Shown in pieces: positions 13,269 through 25,154 of a DNA stretch of 64,000 nt. How positions within the stretch are numbered: the stretch's first letter is position 1; each line of letters begins with the position of its first letter. The position numbers and the translations under genes were made by a program. The stretch lies in assembly GCA_963514005.1 (NCBI GenBank), contig OY740782.1, forward strand, positions 150,288,001 to 150,352,000, given 5' to 3'. The notes under the pieces were generated by a model. The model searched no databases. It had not been told where the DNA came from and saw nothing but the letters and a program-made list of their open reading frames with translations. Origin of the DNA: Raja brachyura. Taxonomy: Eukaryota.

Positions 13269-13314
13269 ATGAGGTCGGCGGTTTCACTGAGTCTGTTCCT
13301 GGCGCTAATAGTCC
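13269..13314 (+). CDS. IGHV: IgM heavy-chain leader exon (MRSAVSLSLFLALIV + phase-1 base)
   Basis: Hydrophobic signal peptide followed by a GTGAGT donor at 13315; splices in phase to the TTGCAG acceptor before 13490. Confidence 0.92.
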
Positions 13315-13489
13315 GTGAGTAATGAGTTGGACAAATTCCTCACGCAAGTTTCTCAGTGGTATATCCACTACACCGTTCCCCTTCTACCCACTCTAGAACC
13401 CTCCCAATTTATTTCCTATTGATAATTAGAGTCGGGGGATTCATGGTCAATAATTTATTCTCACCATTCATGCCTTTTTTAACTTGCAG

Positions 13490-13793
13490 GTGTCCATTCC
13501 GATATCGTTCTAACTCAGCCCAAGACAGGGACCGCCGTTCCTGGAGGCTCCATCACACTGACCTGTACAACCAGCGGGTTCACTCCAAGCAACCACCATA
13601 TGGCTTTGGTCCGTCAGGTCCCCGGACAGGGGCTGGAGTGGCTGCTTGCTTACCGTGTTTCTTACACCAATTATTTCGCTCCGGGGATAGAGAGCCGATT
13701 TACTCCGTCCACAGACGATTCGAACAACATGTTCACCGTGATCGCCAGGAACCTGAGGATCGAAGACACCGCTGTCTATTACTGTGCGGGACA
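13490..13793 (+). CDS. IGHV: Germline, unrearranged VH gene segment
   Basis: (R)VHS-DIVLTQPKTGTAVPGGSITLTC...MALVRQVPGQGLEWLL...RFTPSTDDSNNMFTVIARNLRIEDTAVYYCAG; both canonical Cys present, no stops, RSS follows. Confidence 0.97.
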
Positions 13794-13832
13794 CACAGTG
13801 TGAGGATTCAGTGTCAGACCCGTACAAGAACG
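13794..13832 (+). other. VH 3' recombination signal sequence (23-bp spacer)
   Basis: CACAGTG (13794-13800), 23 bp, ACAAGAACG (13824-13832). Confidence 0.95.
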
Positions 13833-14180
13833 GCACGTTAGGAAGTCCAGCTTTTACCATCAAAGACGAGAGGTGAGCAATTATTTCAACAGCTATAATA
13901 ACAGTTGGGAAATGGAGCACAAACTACCATTCACAAATCCAACACGATATTCAAAAATGTAACCAGCGCATTCGTGTGAGGTTTATAATTTGCTTCACGC
14001 ATACCGATAGCGTTGTGCAAAATCATAGACTAGGAAAATATGCTCATTCCATTAGGCAAGTGAAATGAAGGGAGATTGTTGGTGTTGTGTACATTAACTG
14101 TGTTCTCTGTGAATTGCTGGACCATTTTAAATCGTGTCGAAGGCCGTTTCAAATGAAACCTGAGTGTGAACTGTATGGGA

Positions 14181-14261
14181 GGTTTTTGTGCGGGTCTGTC
14201 TCACTGTGACTACAGCAGTGGGTCACGGTGCTGCATACAGCGACTTCCCCGTACAAAAACC
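14181..14261 (+). other. DH1 segment (coding 14209-14223, ACTACAGCAGTGGGT) with 12-RSS and 22-RSS
   Basis: GGTTTTTGT-12bp-CACTGTG | D | CACGGTG-22bp-ACAAAAACC. Confidence 0.95.
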
Positions 14262-14505
14262 CCCACATCTAGTTTTCTCCTGTTCGAACCCACAAGCACC
14301 GTAGGAGAGGCCGAGTGAAGCAAATTCAAATTCAAAAGCAAAGTTACATGGATTGTTTTGAGAAATGTTCAACTGTCTTCTGACCAATTCACGTTATTCT
14401 ATATGAGCTTTAGAAGAACACCGTTTAGCTTTATAAGTGACAGCCAAGAGTATCCTGGGGACATATCCTCTGTGAGCAGTACATGCATCAGTTCTTGAAG
14501 AGCGA

Positions 14506-14572
14506 AGTATTTGACATGACATGTTTCACTGTGTATATGGTTGGCACGGCGGTTCCTACCGATACAAAAACA
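14506..14572 (+). other. DH2 segment (coding 14534-14544, TATATGGTTGG) with 12-RSS on both sides
   Basis: AGTATTTGA-12bp-CACTGTG | D | CACGGCG-12bp-ACAAAAACA. Confidence 0.9.
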
Positions 14573-14897
14573 TCCACATATAATACTGTGATCTGGGCCA
14601 GTATATGATATTTTCAATTCAATATTTCATACAACAGGAGCATAAACATGTCCAGGAATATTTTCGCACATTTTATTGTATAGGTAACTTGAGGTCATTT
14701 ATATTTTATTTGTAGATGATTCTTATCACATTTCGTTGCCCTGTTTAATACACGGCGCCGTGTTACCTGATTATTGTTGGAAATGATTTTTTTAACGCAT
14801 TCATTGTTTTCAAAGAGCAATAAGGCATTCGCCTTAGATGTGAAATATGAATAATTTACAGGAGTTTTGTTCTTTTTTGCCTGCCTGGTGCAGATCA

Positions 14898-14936
14898 TGT
14901 TATTGTGTGAAGAGACCCATAGAATGTAACACCGTG
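14898..14936 (-). other. JH 5' RSS (23-bp spacer)
   Basis: TGTTATTGT (14898-14906), 23 bp, CACCGTG (14930-14936). Confidence 0.9.
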
Positions 14937-14984
14937 ACTATCTTGACTACTGGGGAGGAGGCACCATGGTGACGGTAACCAGCG
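14937..14984 (+). CDS. IGHJ: JH gene segment (YLDYWGGGTMVTVTS)
   Basis: WGxG motif; phase-1 donor G|GTAAGA at 14985. Confidence 0.96.
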
Positions 14985-15174
14985 GTAAGAAACTTCATCC
15001 TATTCAGTATCTAGATGTATCCAGTTGTAATTTTACTCGCTATTTCCAATAATTGTATTAAATTGTTCTGCTACATTAATTACCCATTCATTGCAATGTT
15101 GGATCGATGTTGTGATTTAGAATGTTATGTGATTCCGCTCCAGTGAGATTCCCGATTTAAACTTGCCTTATGAC

Positions 15175-15630
15175 CTGGGATGGCATATGAAGAAAGACTG
15201 GATAGACTCGGCTTGTACTCGCTGGAATTTAGAAGATTGAGGGGGGATCTTATAGAAACTTACAAAATTCTTAAGGGGTTGGACAGGCTAGATGCAGGAA
15301 GATTGTTCCCGATGTTGGGGAAGTCCAGGACAAGGGGTCACAGTTTAAGGATAAGGGGGAAATCTTTTAGGACCAAGATGAGAAAAAGAAATTCACACAG
15401 AGCGTGGTGAATCTGTGGAATTCTCTGCCACAGAAGGTAGTTGAGGCCAGTTCATTGGCTATATTTAAGAGGGAGTCAGATGTGGCCCTTGTGGCTAAAG
15501 GGATCAGGGAGTATGGAGAGAAGGCAGGTAAGGGATACTGAGTTGGATGATCAGCCATGATCATATTGAATGGCGGTGCAGACTCGAAGGGCCGAATGGC
15601 CTACTCCTGCACCTATTTTCTATGTGCTAT
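15175..15630 (+). mobile_element. CR1 3' fragment in the JH-Cmu1 intron
   Basis: YEERLDRLGLYSLEFRRLRGDLIETYKI motif and CR1 tail. Confidence 0.9.
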
Positions 15631-16719
15631 GACGTTCGATCCTTTGACTATGAAACGGATGCGGTTTAGTTCCAAATTAGTGGGAAAATGTGCATCAATT
15701 TGCTTTCACTGTGCTTTCTAATTGTTTGAGATTGTTGTGGTCCTTGATCTGTGATGCATCTAACTGTATTTTCTGATCAACAGCAGGTACTTTGTCTCAG
15801 TTTGTTTCTTATCAGCGCATATGAAACAAACGACAGAAACGGATAAATCCTGGGTGTAACATTTTCAAGTTTTTAAAGTGTATGTATTAATTGGTGGAAT
15901 CACCTTGCCACCTTTAATCCAATCGCTAACAAAACTTGCATGGAAGAAGTAAAATGTTCTTGCAGCAAAACACAGAAGTGCAAGGTTCAGCGTCAGGGTT
16001 AATTGCGCAGTTATATATCATGAAGTAGAATGAATAGGAAGGAACTGTGGATGCTGATTTATGCTGGCGATTGACACAAAAAGCTGGAGTAACTCTGCCT
16101 GTCCCGCTGAGTTACTGCAACCTTTTTTTTAATCTATATTGAAGTACAATGAGTTGGCCATGTGAACCAATGATACAGCAAAGCTAAGTCCGTGAAACGC
16201 GATCTATAGAATAGCAATGTACCGGGTGTACTAGGGGACAGAGGAACTAGGGTGACAGAGGAACTGAAGGAAATTCACATTATATTGGAATGTTATCTAT
16301 GTAATCCATGTGTATTGTGTTATTCGTCGTTATTTCAACAATGATTGGCGTGGTGGTCATTGGGACAATGAATTTCGGTGGTCTTTGGACAGAGATATTT
16401 GGATTTTTGTGAAGAGTTTCAGCAAATGTGTGTTATGCGATTCATCCCATCGGCGGTATGATTCAGCCGGTCATTGCGGAAGACGATATTGTTGCACAAA
16501 TTTACGTGTTTGTACATTCAATTCTAGTGGCAGCGACCGGGTATTGCTGTTGTATGAAGTGTCGGATTATGTTATTTCAATAAACGCAAAGCAGATATAT
16601 GTTTAAAAATAAAAATAAGAATAAATTACTAGAAATCATAAATAGGAACAGTAAATGTTGCAAACACCTAGAGGGTCACGCAGCCTGTGGCGAAAGACAA
16701 ACCCCATAGAGGGGAGCCG

Positions 16720-16990
16720 AATGACGGCTGGTAGCGCCAGAGACCCGACATCGTTCCCGAAATCAGGCGCAGACTGTGAGAACTGTGCGTTGTCCCTGTG
16801 GTTTCTTACTGGTGCTCTGCCTTCCTCCCTCAGCCCAAAAGAGTGCAGGTTTGCAGGTTAATTGACCCGGGTGATTGACCCTAGTGGGTCGAGGGTGGAT
16901 GCGATAGTGCGATAAAGTGCAACTTGTGTGTCGCCCTGGATTTGGTTGGCAGAAGGATCTATTTCTATGCTATATCTCTAATCGAAACTG
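16720..16990 (+). mobile_element. Degenerate tRNA-derived SINE (V-SINE/HE1-like)
   Basis: GCGCCAGAGACCCG... head and GTGGTTTCTTACTGGTGCTCTGCCTTCCTCCC V-domain-like core; old and diverged. Confidence 0.5.
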
Positions 16991-18545
16991 ATTTGCCATG
17001 GTTTAGTCTCCCAACGACAGTCGAGCTGGAAAATGCTTGGTTTTCTCTTTCCACAAATGCTGCCTAGCCCAATGACCCCATCGCTCTGTTTATATCAAAG
17101 ATCATGAGTTTACCCATTTGGAAAATGCGTTGAATGTAAAATGGGGAGATTTGGGAACAGCTGTAGTTTGGGAATAACTTTTAATCCATGGATTTATTAG
17201 AAAGAGAATTTGAATTTGTGTTTGTCTCTGGCTCCCAATGTCATTTAAACACAAAATGTTCCTCTATTTAGTAAATTGCTAATGACAAATGTCAGTTTTA
17301 CGAATAGTTACGGTAAAAAATAATGAAAAATTGGGAAATGGAATGTTGGAAACGAAATGTTCTCTGCTATTTTAGATAATAGGTGCAGGAGGAGGCCATT
17401 CGGCCCTTCGGGCCAGCACCGACATTCATTGTGATCATGGCTGATCATCCCCAATCAGTAGCCCGTTCCTGCCTTCTCCCCATATCCCCTGACTCCGCTA
17501 TCTTAATTTTAATTATAAAACAGGGTATCCTATTAATCCTTGAACATAGTGGTAATTGAACTCAATGGCTTAAAGGAGGGTTTGAGTGACGTTCAAATTT
17601 ACATTTGCATTTATTTAATTAAAACATTGATTTAGCAACATTGTGCATTTTCACCATTAAAAGTAGACTTCCTCTATATGAATTAATGCCCTTTCCTGTT
17701 GAAGTCACGAAGCAAACTCGGATATTTTTTATAGATTGCAGGTTGTAATTTATAACTGGTATCTTTTTTATTCGTTTCCTATCGGCCAGTGATACAATGT
17801 TAATCATTCGTTCTTCAGTGCCGATGACATTGTAAACGTAAATTCGTTTTAAAGATGCTGGAAACTGAACTGAGCGTCGTTGCATAAACATTAATTTTAA
17901 TTGATTATTATTGAATTCATTAAGGCAATGGTGCACACAGACAAACATTTAAAACCTGTGCCAATTTTTTAATTACGAAGTATTAACATGTTCTTACAAT
18001 TTAAATGTTACATTTAGTTTCCAGAAGTTGTGGTACATAACCTTTATTAATTCAGTTATTATATTGAGAGAGTTCTTTGTAATCCTTACCAATGCAATCT
18101 CATACATGTTTTTAATCTGGTATGAATGTAATGTTCTTGTCGGCTGGTTTGCTTTTCAGAATTTACTTGCAATTACTGTCGGCATACAAATGATCGGTAT
18201 ATTTTCGTGAGTGATGGGGCAACAAAATACAGTAAAAAAAGTGACATTTTAAGTGTGTTATTTGTCGTTAAATAACAGAGCTACCATTTCAATCCCATCC
18301 ACCACCTTAGTTGGTTTCGTTCGATGGACACATTTAAGGGCAAATTTCACGAACAAGATTGTGATTGTTTATTTTGTCTTCTCCTAAATTATGTTCGGGA
18401 GCCCGACATGGAAAACCCTTTATCCTTCCATTTTCTGTGATTTTATCGGATAATCTCTGAACCATTTATAAAACAAAAACTCTTCCCTCATCCTCCAAAT
18501 CAAATTTTAGCCATGGGCACTCTCAATGGCCCAAGCGAAACCTAC

Positions 18546-18650
18546 CTAAATTATTTAATTTTAATTAAATATATTTAATTTTAATTAAATAAATTTAATT
18601 TTAATTAAATAAATTTAATTTTAATTAAATTCATTTAATTTTAGTAAATA
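18546..18650. repeat. AT-only ~20-bp tandem array (ATTTAATTTTAATTAAATAA) x ~5 next to an octamer
   Basis: Directly visible; ATGCAAAT at 18652-18659. Confidence 0.85.
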
Positions 18651-18829
18651 AATGCAAATGTAATTGTGAACATCAGTCAAACCCTCCTTTGAACCATTGA
18701 TTTCAATTCCCACTCTGTTCATGGATTAGTGGGATACCTGTTCTGTAATTCAAATAGCAGAGAAAATTTTGTTTCCAACATTGCACATCATTTCACCAAT
18801 TTCCATTTAGTTGGGTACATGGGACAACC

Positions 18830-19270
18830 CCTGACACAGACTGGCCCTATCCCCGAACTCTTCGTCCTGTACCCATGCAGAACTCATTGACCTCATTGTC
18901 TACAAACTTTGACCAGACGATCAAATTCACCGGGTCCATCCCCGACACATACCTCCCCTTTGTTGATCTCACCGTCTCCATCGCAGGAGATAGACTACCG
19001 ACTGACATAAATTACAAATCTACGGACTCCCACAGCTATCAGGACTACATCTCTTCCAACCGTGCCTCCTGCAAAGACTCTATGTCCTACTCCCAAATTC
19101 ATCCGTCACCGCGCAACTGCTCCCAAGATGAGTTGTTCCATACCAGGATATCCGAGGTCCTCATTCTTTGGGGAGCGGGTATTCCCCACTTTTACCATAG
19201 ATGAGGCTCTCACGTGTGTCTACACTGTATCCCGTAGTTCCGCCCTTGCTCCATCAACCCCAGTCGCAAC
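18830..19270 (+). mobile_element. Penelope-like element RT C-terminal fragment
   Basis: IKFTGSIPDTYLPFVDLTVSIAGDRLPTDINYKSTDSHSYQDYISS resembles the PLE RT thumb region. Confidence 0.75.
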
Positions 19271-19639
19271 AAGGAGCTTGGTGAGATTGTAACCCATAGG
19301 CCAACATTAGTTATAGCCACTGTGCATTGACCATTCCTGAGAAACCCTGGGAATGTTACAGTAATTAGTACTGGAGGCCTATCGATAAATTTTCAACTCG
19401 AAATTGTGCGTACATTTGACAGTAACTGCCGGATATTGGCACCCCAAGAAGTTTTCAGCCAATGTTTTCCAAGGTGGGATCAAGGTGGAATGATTAACTA
19501 ATAGTTTATGATACTCAGGTGAAGTTGCATGAAATAGAAAACTGCGTAACGAATTGCTGTATAATGATTCCTCGCACTGAATATTTTGCAAAACGAGCAA
19601 GAGAGAGAGTTTAACATTCATGTGTCCTTTGCCTTGCAG

Positions 19640-19936
19640 CGGCTGATTCCGCACCCAGCCCCTTCATTCTCTTCACCTGCGAGGATCACGGCTCCAGTGG
19701 TTCGTTCACCTATGGTTGTTTGGCGTTGGGCTATTCCCCTGCGGGCGCCAGTGTTTCTTGGAAGAAAGATGATAAACAACTGACCAAAGGAGTGAAGGAA
19801 TACCCGGCAGTGTTCAATAAGTTGGGAACTTACACCCGGAGCAGCGAGTTAACCATCACCGAGGCGCAGGCAGGAGGAAGCGACATCTTCTGCGTGGTTC
19901 AACACGGCCAACAAGAGTATCAAGTGAAAGTACCAG
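19640..19936 (+). CDS. IGHM: IgM Cmu1 exon
   Basis: AADSAPSPFILFTCEDHGSSGSFTYGCLALGYSPAGASVSWKK...DIFCVVQHGQQEYQVKVP; TTGCAG acceptor, G|GTTCGT donor; C1-set Cys/Trp/Cys plus an extra N-terminal Cys (candidate light-chain link). Confidence 0.95.
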
Positions 19937-19984
19937 GTTCGTGTTGGGGTGCACCGCGAGGCCGAGGGTGGAGTTGAGAGTCGA

Positions 19985-20410
19985 GAGTCAAGAATGTTTT
20001 ATTGTCATATGTCCCAGATAGAACAATGAAATGTTTGCATGTATACACGCACACATACTCAAAAAACAAACTATAACAGTGCAATAATAATAATAATAAT
20101 AGTCTATTGTAGTTCAGAGCATATGAGATTGCAGAGTTTAATAGCCTGATGGCTGTAGGGAAGTAGCTGTTCCTGAACCTGGACGTTACAGTTCTCAGGC
20201 TCCTGTACCTTCTTCCCGGTGGCAGTGGTAAGATGAGTGTGTGGCCAGGATGGTGTGGGTCTCTGATGTTGGCTGCCTTATTGAGGCAGCGACTGCGATA
20301 GATCCCTTTGATGATGGGGGGTCCGAGCCGGTTATGGAATGGGCTAGTGGTCACAACATTTTGCTATCTTTTCCGCTCCTGGATGTTCAAGTTGCCGAAC
20401 CAGGCCATGA
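19985..20410 (-). mobile_element. Rex1/Babar-like LINE 3' fragment in the Cmu1-Cmu2 intron
   Basis: IRDPHHPGHTLILPLPPGRRYRSLRTVTSRFRNSYFPTAIRLLN; same family as 47393-49540. Confidence 0.85.
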
Positions 20411-21341
20411 TGCAATCCATATAATTCGCGAGATTTGACAATTGAAGATAAGTACTTGACTTAATGTGCGCTGTTCGGTTTTAATCTTCATGTCATACTG
20501 AATGTCGAACGCTCATCTGAGCTCCACGATCCACCTAGTCAAAGACAGGCAATTCATGTCTATATAGTGATGTGAAAATGTGGCTGCATCCACAGATGTC
20601 ATGTAACATCTGGAACACTGATGAAACTCCATCTGAACTTAACTACCAAAGGCTTAAAGTCTCAATAGAAAGTGACACATGCCTTACCCACCAAATTATT
20701 CCAGCCCTTTGTTTATATTTTGAATCAAACAACATCTACTGTTGTTTCGATAAAACGGTGAGTTTTGTTTCCTGGCACCGAGGGGCGAGAGCGATATTCA
20801 CAATACGGAAGCACTGCCGTATTTCGTTCTTGGGACGGAACGAAAGGCGGTGCTTCAAATATCGCGACAATTCACCATTTACAAAATCATAAAAAACCCA
20901 AAGATTTACCTGTAGAGAGCTTGAAAAGAGTGCTGGTCAATTTATTATCATCACGAGCACATCCATATAATTCGCGAGGAACTGCTCTATCCGTAGATAA
21001 GTTACATTTTAACTCGTGAACAATCGAAGCAGCAGAGTGCACCATGTTGAGAACATTACAAGAGTATTAAAAGCACAGACACAGTCATAGAGGACAAAGG
21101 CAAAACAGTCGGCCATTATATCCCTGTGACAACGACTTACCGAGCTCTAATTTCCCCATTTGCGAGCACTCGATGTGCCGTAATAAACAAAGAATATAGC
21201 AGCATCTCGGGAAGTCCAGGTGAGTGGACCGTTACTTTTAATCAGAAAAGGTGATTTTCTTTTTCTTGGACAAAATATTGGGTGTCTTTATTAATCGACA
21301 ATAGTTTATGAGCAATTCCAATGAAGTTTATTTTCTTTCAG

Positions 21342-21659
21342 ATCCCGTACATCATCCTACCCTCGCCATTACCATAACTGCCCTTGAGGAAATCAAGCAC
21401 AGCAGAAAAGCGACCGCCGTGTGTTTGGTCAACGATTTCACCCCAGCGAACTTTACTGTGAACTGGCTGAAGGATGGCGAGCCATTGCATTCTGGCATCG
21501 TTACCTCTCCCGCCTTCCAGGTGAACGGTAACGGTAACTTCTCGGCGACCAGCCAGTTGACATTCCCAGCTGCAGAGTGGTTGAGAGGTTTGGTCTACTA
21601 TACCTGCCAAGTCAACCATGAAAAAGATTTGATAAGCCAAAACATCAGTAGGTCTCCAG
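21342..21659 (+). CDS. IGHM: IgM Cmu2 exon
   Basis: DPVHHPTLAI...ATAVCLVNDFTPANFTVNWLKDG...YYTCQVNHEKDLISQNISRSP; TTTCAG acceptor, G|GTAAGA donor. Confidence 0.95.
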
Positions 21660-21749
21660 GTAAGAAATACATCCGTGGTATGTCTCGGGATATTAGTGTA
21701 AACATTAGCGCTCACGGTGGTAGTACTTCACTGACATTGTGAAAGCCTA

Positions 21750-22310
21750 TGTGTAGAATAGAAGTGCAGATGCTGGTTTGCACTAAAAATAGAAACGTAA
21801 TTCCCGAGTAACAGCGGGTTAGGCATCTGCAGAGAAAAGGAATATGTGACGATTCGGGTCGAGACTCATCTTCCGACTTGGAATCAGAGGAGAGGGAAAC
21901 TAGAGGTATGAGAATGGACAAACAAATGAATGAAAAGAACAAATCAAAGCCAGCAACGATGAACAAGGAAAGGTCGAGGCCACATTGGTCCGTTGTTGCT
22001 CTGGAAATGGTGATAACGAGTAGATACAAAGAGTGAAACGAAACAGGACCGCAGTGAAACTAGTCGGATGACGAGGGTGGGGGGTGGCCGGAGAGAGATG
22101 GAATGCAAGTCCAAGAGGAGGAAGCTAGTGGAGACGGTATAGGTGGGTCATCACTGGCAAGGAGGTGGAGATCCTTATTTTTTTATTTGTACCTGTTAAT
22201 ACCTGTTAAAGGAGGGTGTGGACCCGAAACGGCACGTATTCATTTTCTGCAGAGATGCTGACCCGCTGCCTGACCCGTTGAGATACAGTACTCCAGCATT
22301 GTGTGCCTAT
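21750..22310. mobile_element. Penelope-like pLTR-derived element with inverted termini in the Cmu2-Cmu3 intron
   Basis: Inverted terminal segments with degenerate hammerhead cores (GTGACGATTCGGGTCGAGACTC at about 21846; GACCCGAAACGGCAC at about 22220). Confidence 0.6.
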
Positions 22311-22531
22311 CGTGCTATAGCCCATGGTGTGATCTCTCATTTCATTTATTGTGTCGTTCACTGCACACAGACAAAAGGCAGTTCATGACGATTTACGACC
22401 CATGTTCCCAGAATCACTACTCAGAAGGGGTCATGTACATATTAAGGTTTTGGGGGCGGATGCTTGGTGTAAACCTTTGAACCCGGTTACTCCTGCAAAT
22501 GCTTATGTTCACATTAATTATTGTGCCACAG

Positions 22532-22834
22532 ATTCTCATTCCTGCGACGAACCGAAGATTACAATCCTTCCACCACCTGTTGAACAAGAGTTAATGGAGA
22601 TGACCGTGACGTTAACCTGTCGGGTATCCAATGCACCTTATGGTATCACAGTATCTTGGAACCACAAGAAGGAACATTTGGCATCAGAGATCCAGCCCAC
22701 AGAACATGGGGATATCGTAGAGAGCAAAGTCAACATTTCGACTCATGACTGGCTGAGTGGGGATTATTTCGAATGCGTGGTGAGCCATGATGATCTGCCG
22801 TCTCCAAAAACTGGACGAATCAACTGGAAGAAAG
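22532..22834 (+). CDS. IGHM: IgM Cmu3 exon
   Basis: [43 protein letters not shown]...[22 protein letters not shown]; CCACAG acceptor, G|GTGAGC donor. Confidence 0.95.
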
Positions 22835-23378
22835 GTGAGCCGGGGTAGCTGCAGAGGGGTCCTGTGGGCTAGAGGTGACTGGTGCACTTTTCTTCTGAGA
22901 TAAATCTAAATGTAATGATTGAGATCACTCAGTCGGCGAAGCAATATATGCAAAATGAAATAGTGCTAAGACTTCACTGAGTCCTTGGTCAGAGCTGGAA
23001 AAGAGAGAATGCGAGATGACTTTGCATGAATATGAGGTGGGAATTGCGTGAGACAGATGAACCAAGGTAGAACTGCATTTAGTAATAAATGACAAAAGGA
23101 GCAGGAGCCAACCATGGTCATCAGAAATAACACGGACCAGAGACGGCGAATAGCTTGATCTTGTGTTGTGAGTGTGTGAAGTGATTCATACAAATCTTCT
23201 GCCGTGCACAGGAGAGACGCACGTTCAGGTGTATATGTCTGAACAAAGAGACAAGTCACAAAAGGGGAAAGCAATGCCGTTAATACTGTCGGTTGGCAGT
23301 TTACTCACGTACGAATATATTAGCTTTTAATCGCTTTAACCGTCTTGTATAATAAACGCCATTTGAATTGTCCCGTAG

Positions 23379-23770
23379 CTCAACATCTGCTGGCACCGTC
23401 CGTCTCAGTCCTTCTGCCGCCGACAGAAGAGATCTCCGCTCACAAGACTATCACCCTCACCTGCTTTGTGAGAGGATTCTCCCCTCGCAGGGTCTTCATC
23501 ACATGGACAGTTGATGACAAGCGGGTGCATTGGAGCAAGTACAGGAACACCGAGGTGGAGGCGGAGAACGGCAATGACACCTTCTTCACCTACAGCCTGT
23601 TATCCGTTGGGGCAGAGCAGTGGGCTAGCGGAGCCTCCTTCTCCTGTCTGGTGGGGCACGAAGCACTCCCCATGAAGACCATCGTCAGAACGGTCAATAA
23701 GTCCAGCGGTAAACCCAGTTTTGTCAACGTTTCCCTTGTATTGATGGACACTGTCAATTCCTGTCAATGA
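23379..23770 (+). CDS. IGHM: IgM Cmu4 exon plus secretory tailpiece (internal membrane-form donor after 23708)
   Basis: [20 protein letters not shown]...[10 protein letters not shown]...[23 protein letters not shown]|[20 protein letters not shown]; NVS sequon and penultimate Cys are typical of the mu tailpiece; internal G|GTAAAC donor. Confidence 0.97.
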
Positions 23771-23797
23771 GAATGAATTCCTTGCAAATTTCTCTGA

Positions 23798-23813
23798 AAT
23801 AAATACTAATAAA
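23798..23813 (+). promoter_or_regulatory. Tandem AATAAA polyadenylation signals of the secretory mu mRNA
   Basis: AATAAA at 23798-23803 and 23808-23813, just after the stop codon. Confidence 0.8.
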
Positions 23814-25154
23814 TATCTTTAACCTCCAATCTTGAGCTGGACACATGGCCACCCAATTAATTATATAAAACATTCTGCCAAAACGATGACTATATATTAA
23901 CATTGATACTTGAAAATCTTGGACACAATTCACGGAAAACAGATGCAGACTGCACACACAGTAACAACGGGGTTTTGGAGATAAGTCACAACTGCACCAC
24001 TGCACGCATCGCGGACACACTTCAACATTATTGCTCTTGCTGGGCAGATATGGGTCCATGCCTTTGGATCTCCGTGTCCCTCCTTCTCCTGTTTCCAATC
24101 CATTCAGACCTGAGGCAGGATCTCAAACGTTTACATCGTGCCATGCACTCAATATATATGAACACTATTNNNNNNNNNNNNNNNNNNNNNNNNNNNNNNN
24201 NNNNNNNNNNNNNNNNNNNNNNNNNNNNNNNNNNNNNNNNNNNNNNNNNNNNNNNNNNNNNNNNNNNNNNNNNNNNNNNNNNNNNNNNNNNNNNNNNNNN
24301 NNNNNNCACACACTCACATGCACGCTCTCACACACGCACTCTCACACACACACACTCTCACCCACATACACACACACACTTNNNNNNNNNNNNNNNNNNN
24401 NNNNNNNNNNNNNNNNNNNNNNNNNNNNNNNNNNNNNNNNNNNNNNNNNNNNNNNNNNNNNNNNNNNNNNNNNNNNNNNNNNNNNNNNNNNNNNNNNNNN
24501 NNNNNNNNNNNNNNNNNNNNNNNNNNNNNNNNNNNNNNNNNNNNNNNNNNNNNNNNNNNNNNNNNNNNNNNNNNNNNNNNNNNNNNNNNNGAAGGAATGA
24601 AAGAGGAACATCCATATATTAATGATAAGAGAATGTAACATGATGCACATGATGCTGAATGGCTTCAGGAGCGTAGAGCAGAAACAGCCTGTATCAATTC
24701 AATGAAAGTAACAACTAAGTGGAACCTAAAGAACAAGAATAAAGTGTCACCATTATAGATTGTTCCCATGAAGAAATGGGCCATTTAACTCCGGGTCGAG
24801 AATGCTGTGGCATTCAGTTATTAAACGGTCATCACAATGTGTGCAGGTGAATGGTGGGATAACCGCTCTGAGTGGCTCGTGAGAACACAAACTTAGAGCC
24901 AAATATCAGATGCGGCAAGACATTGAATAACACGCCGGCTGGAGCATTAGACAAGGCCACATCCGTTTCCAGCTCTCCCCCAGATGTACACGAAGCATAC
25001 TCACCACAAAACATCAGCAAGCGCACAAAAATAAAATCATTTATGGGGTCGCATAGAAACATACATAAAACGCAATTAACGACATGTTTACCCCATAGCA
25101 CATGGACATCCACCTAAACAGACCAGCAATCAAACATTCTTTCAAATACAAAAT

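Noticed and set aside
19640-23770. IgW or IgNAR identity for the cluster
   Set aside because: Four C domains, a mu-type tailpiece, a conventional VH with full FR2 and CDR2, and two D segments all indicate IgM.
23903-24650. Long ORFs across 24170-24590 (also 12471-13028 and 50083-50415)
   Set aside because: They are open only because they run through N gaps.
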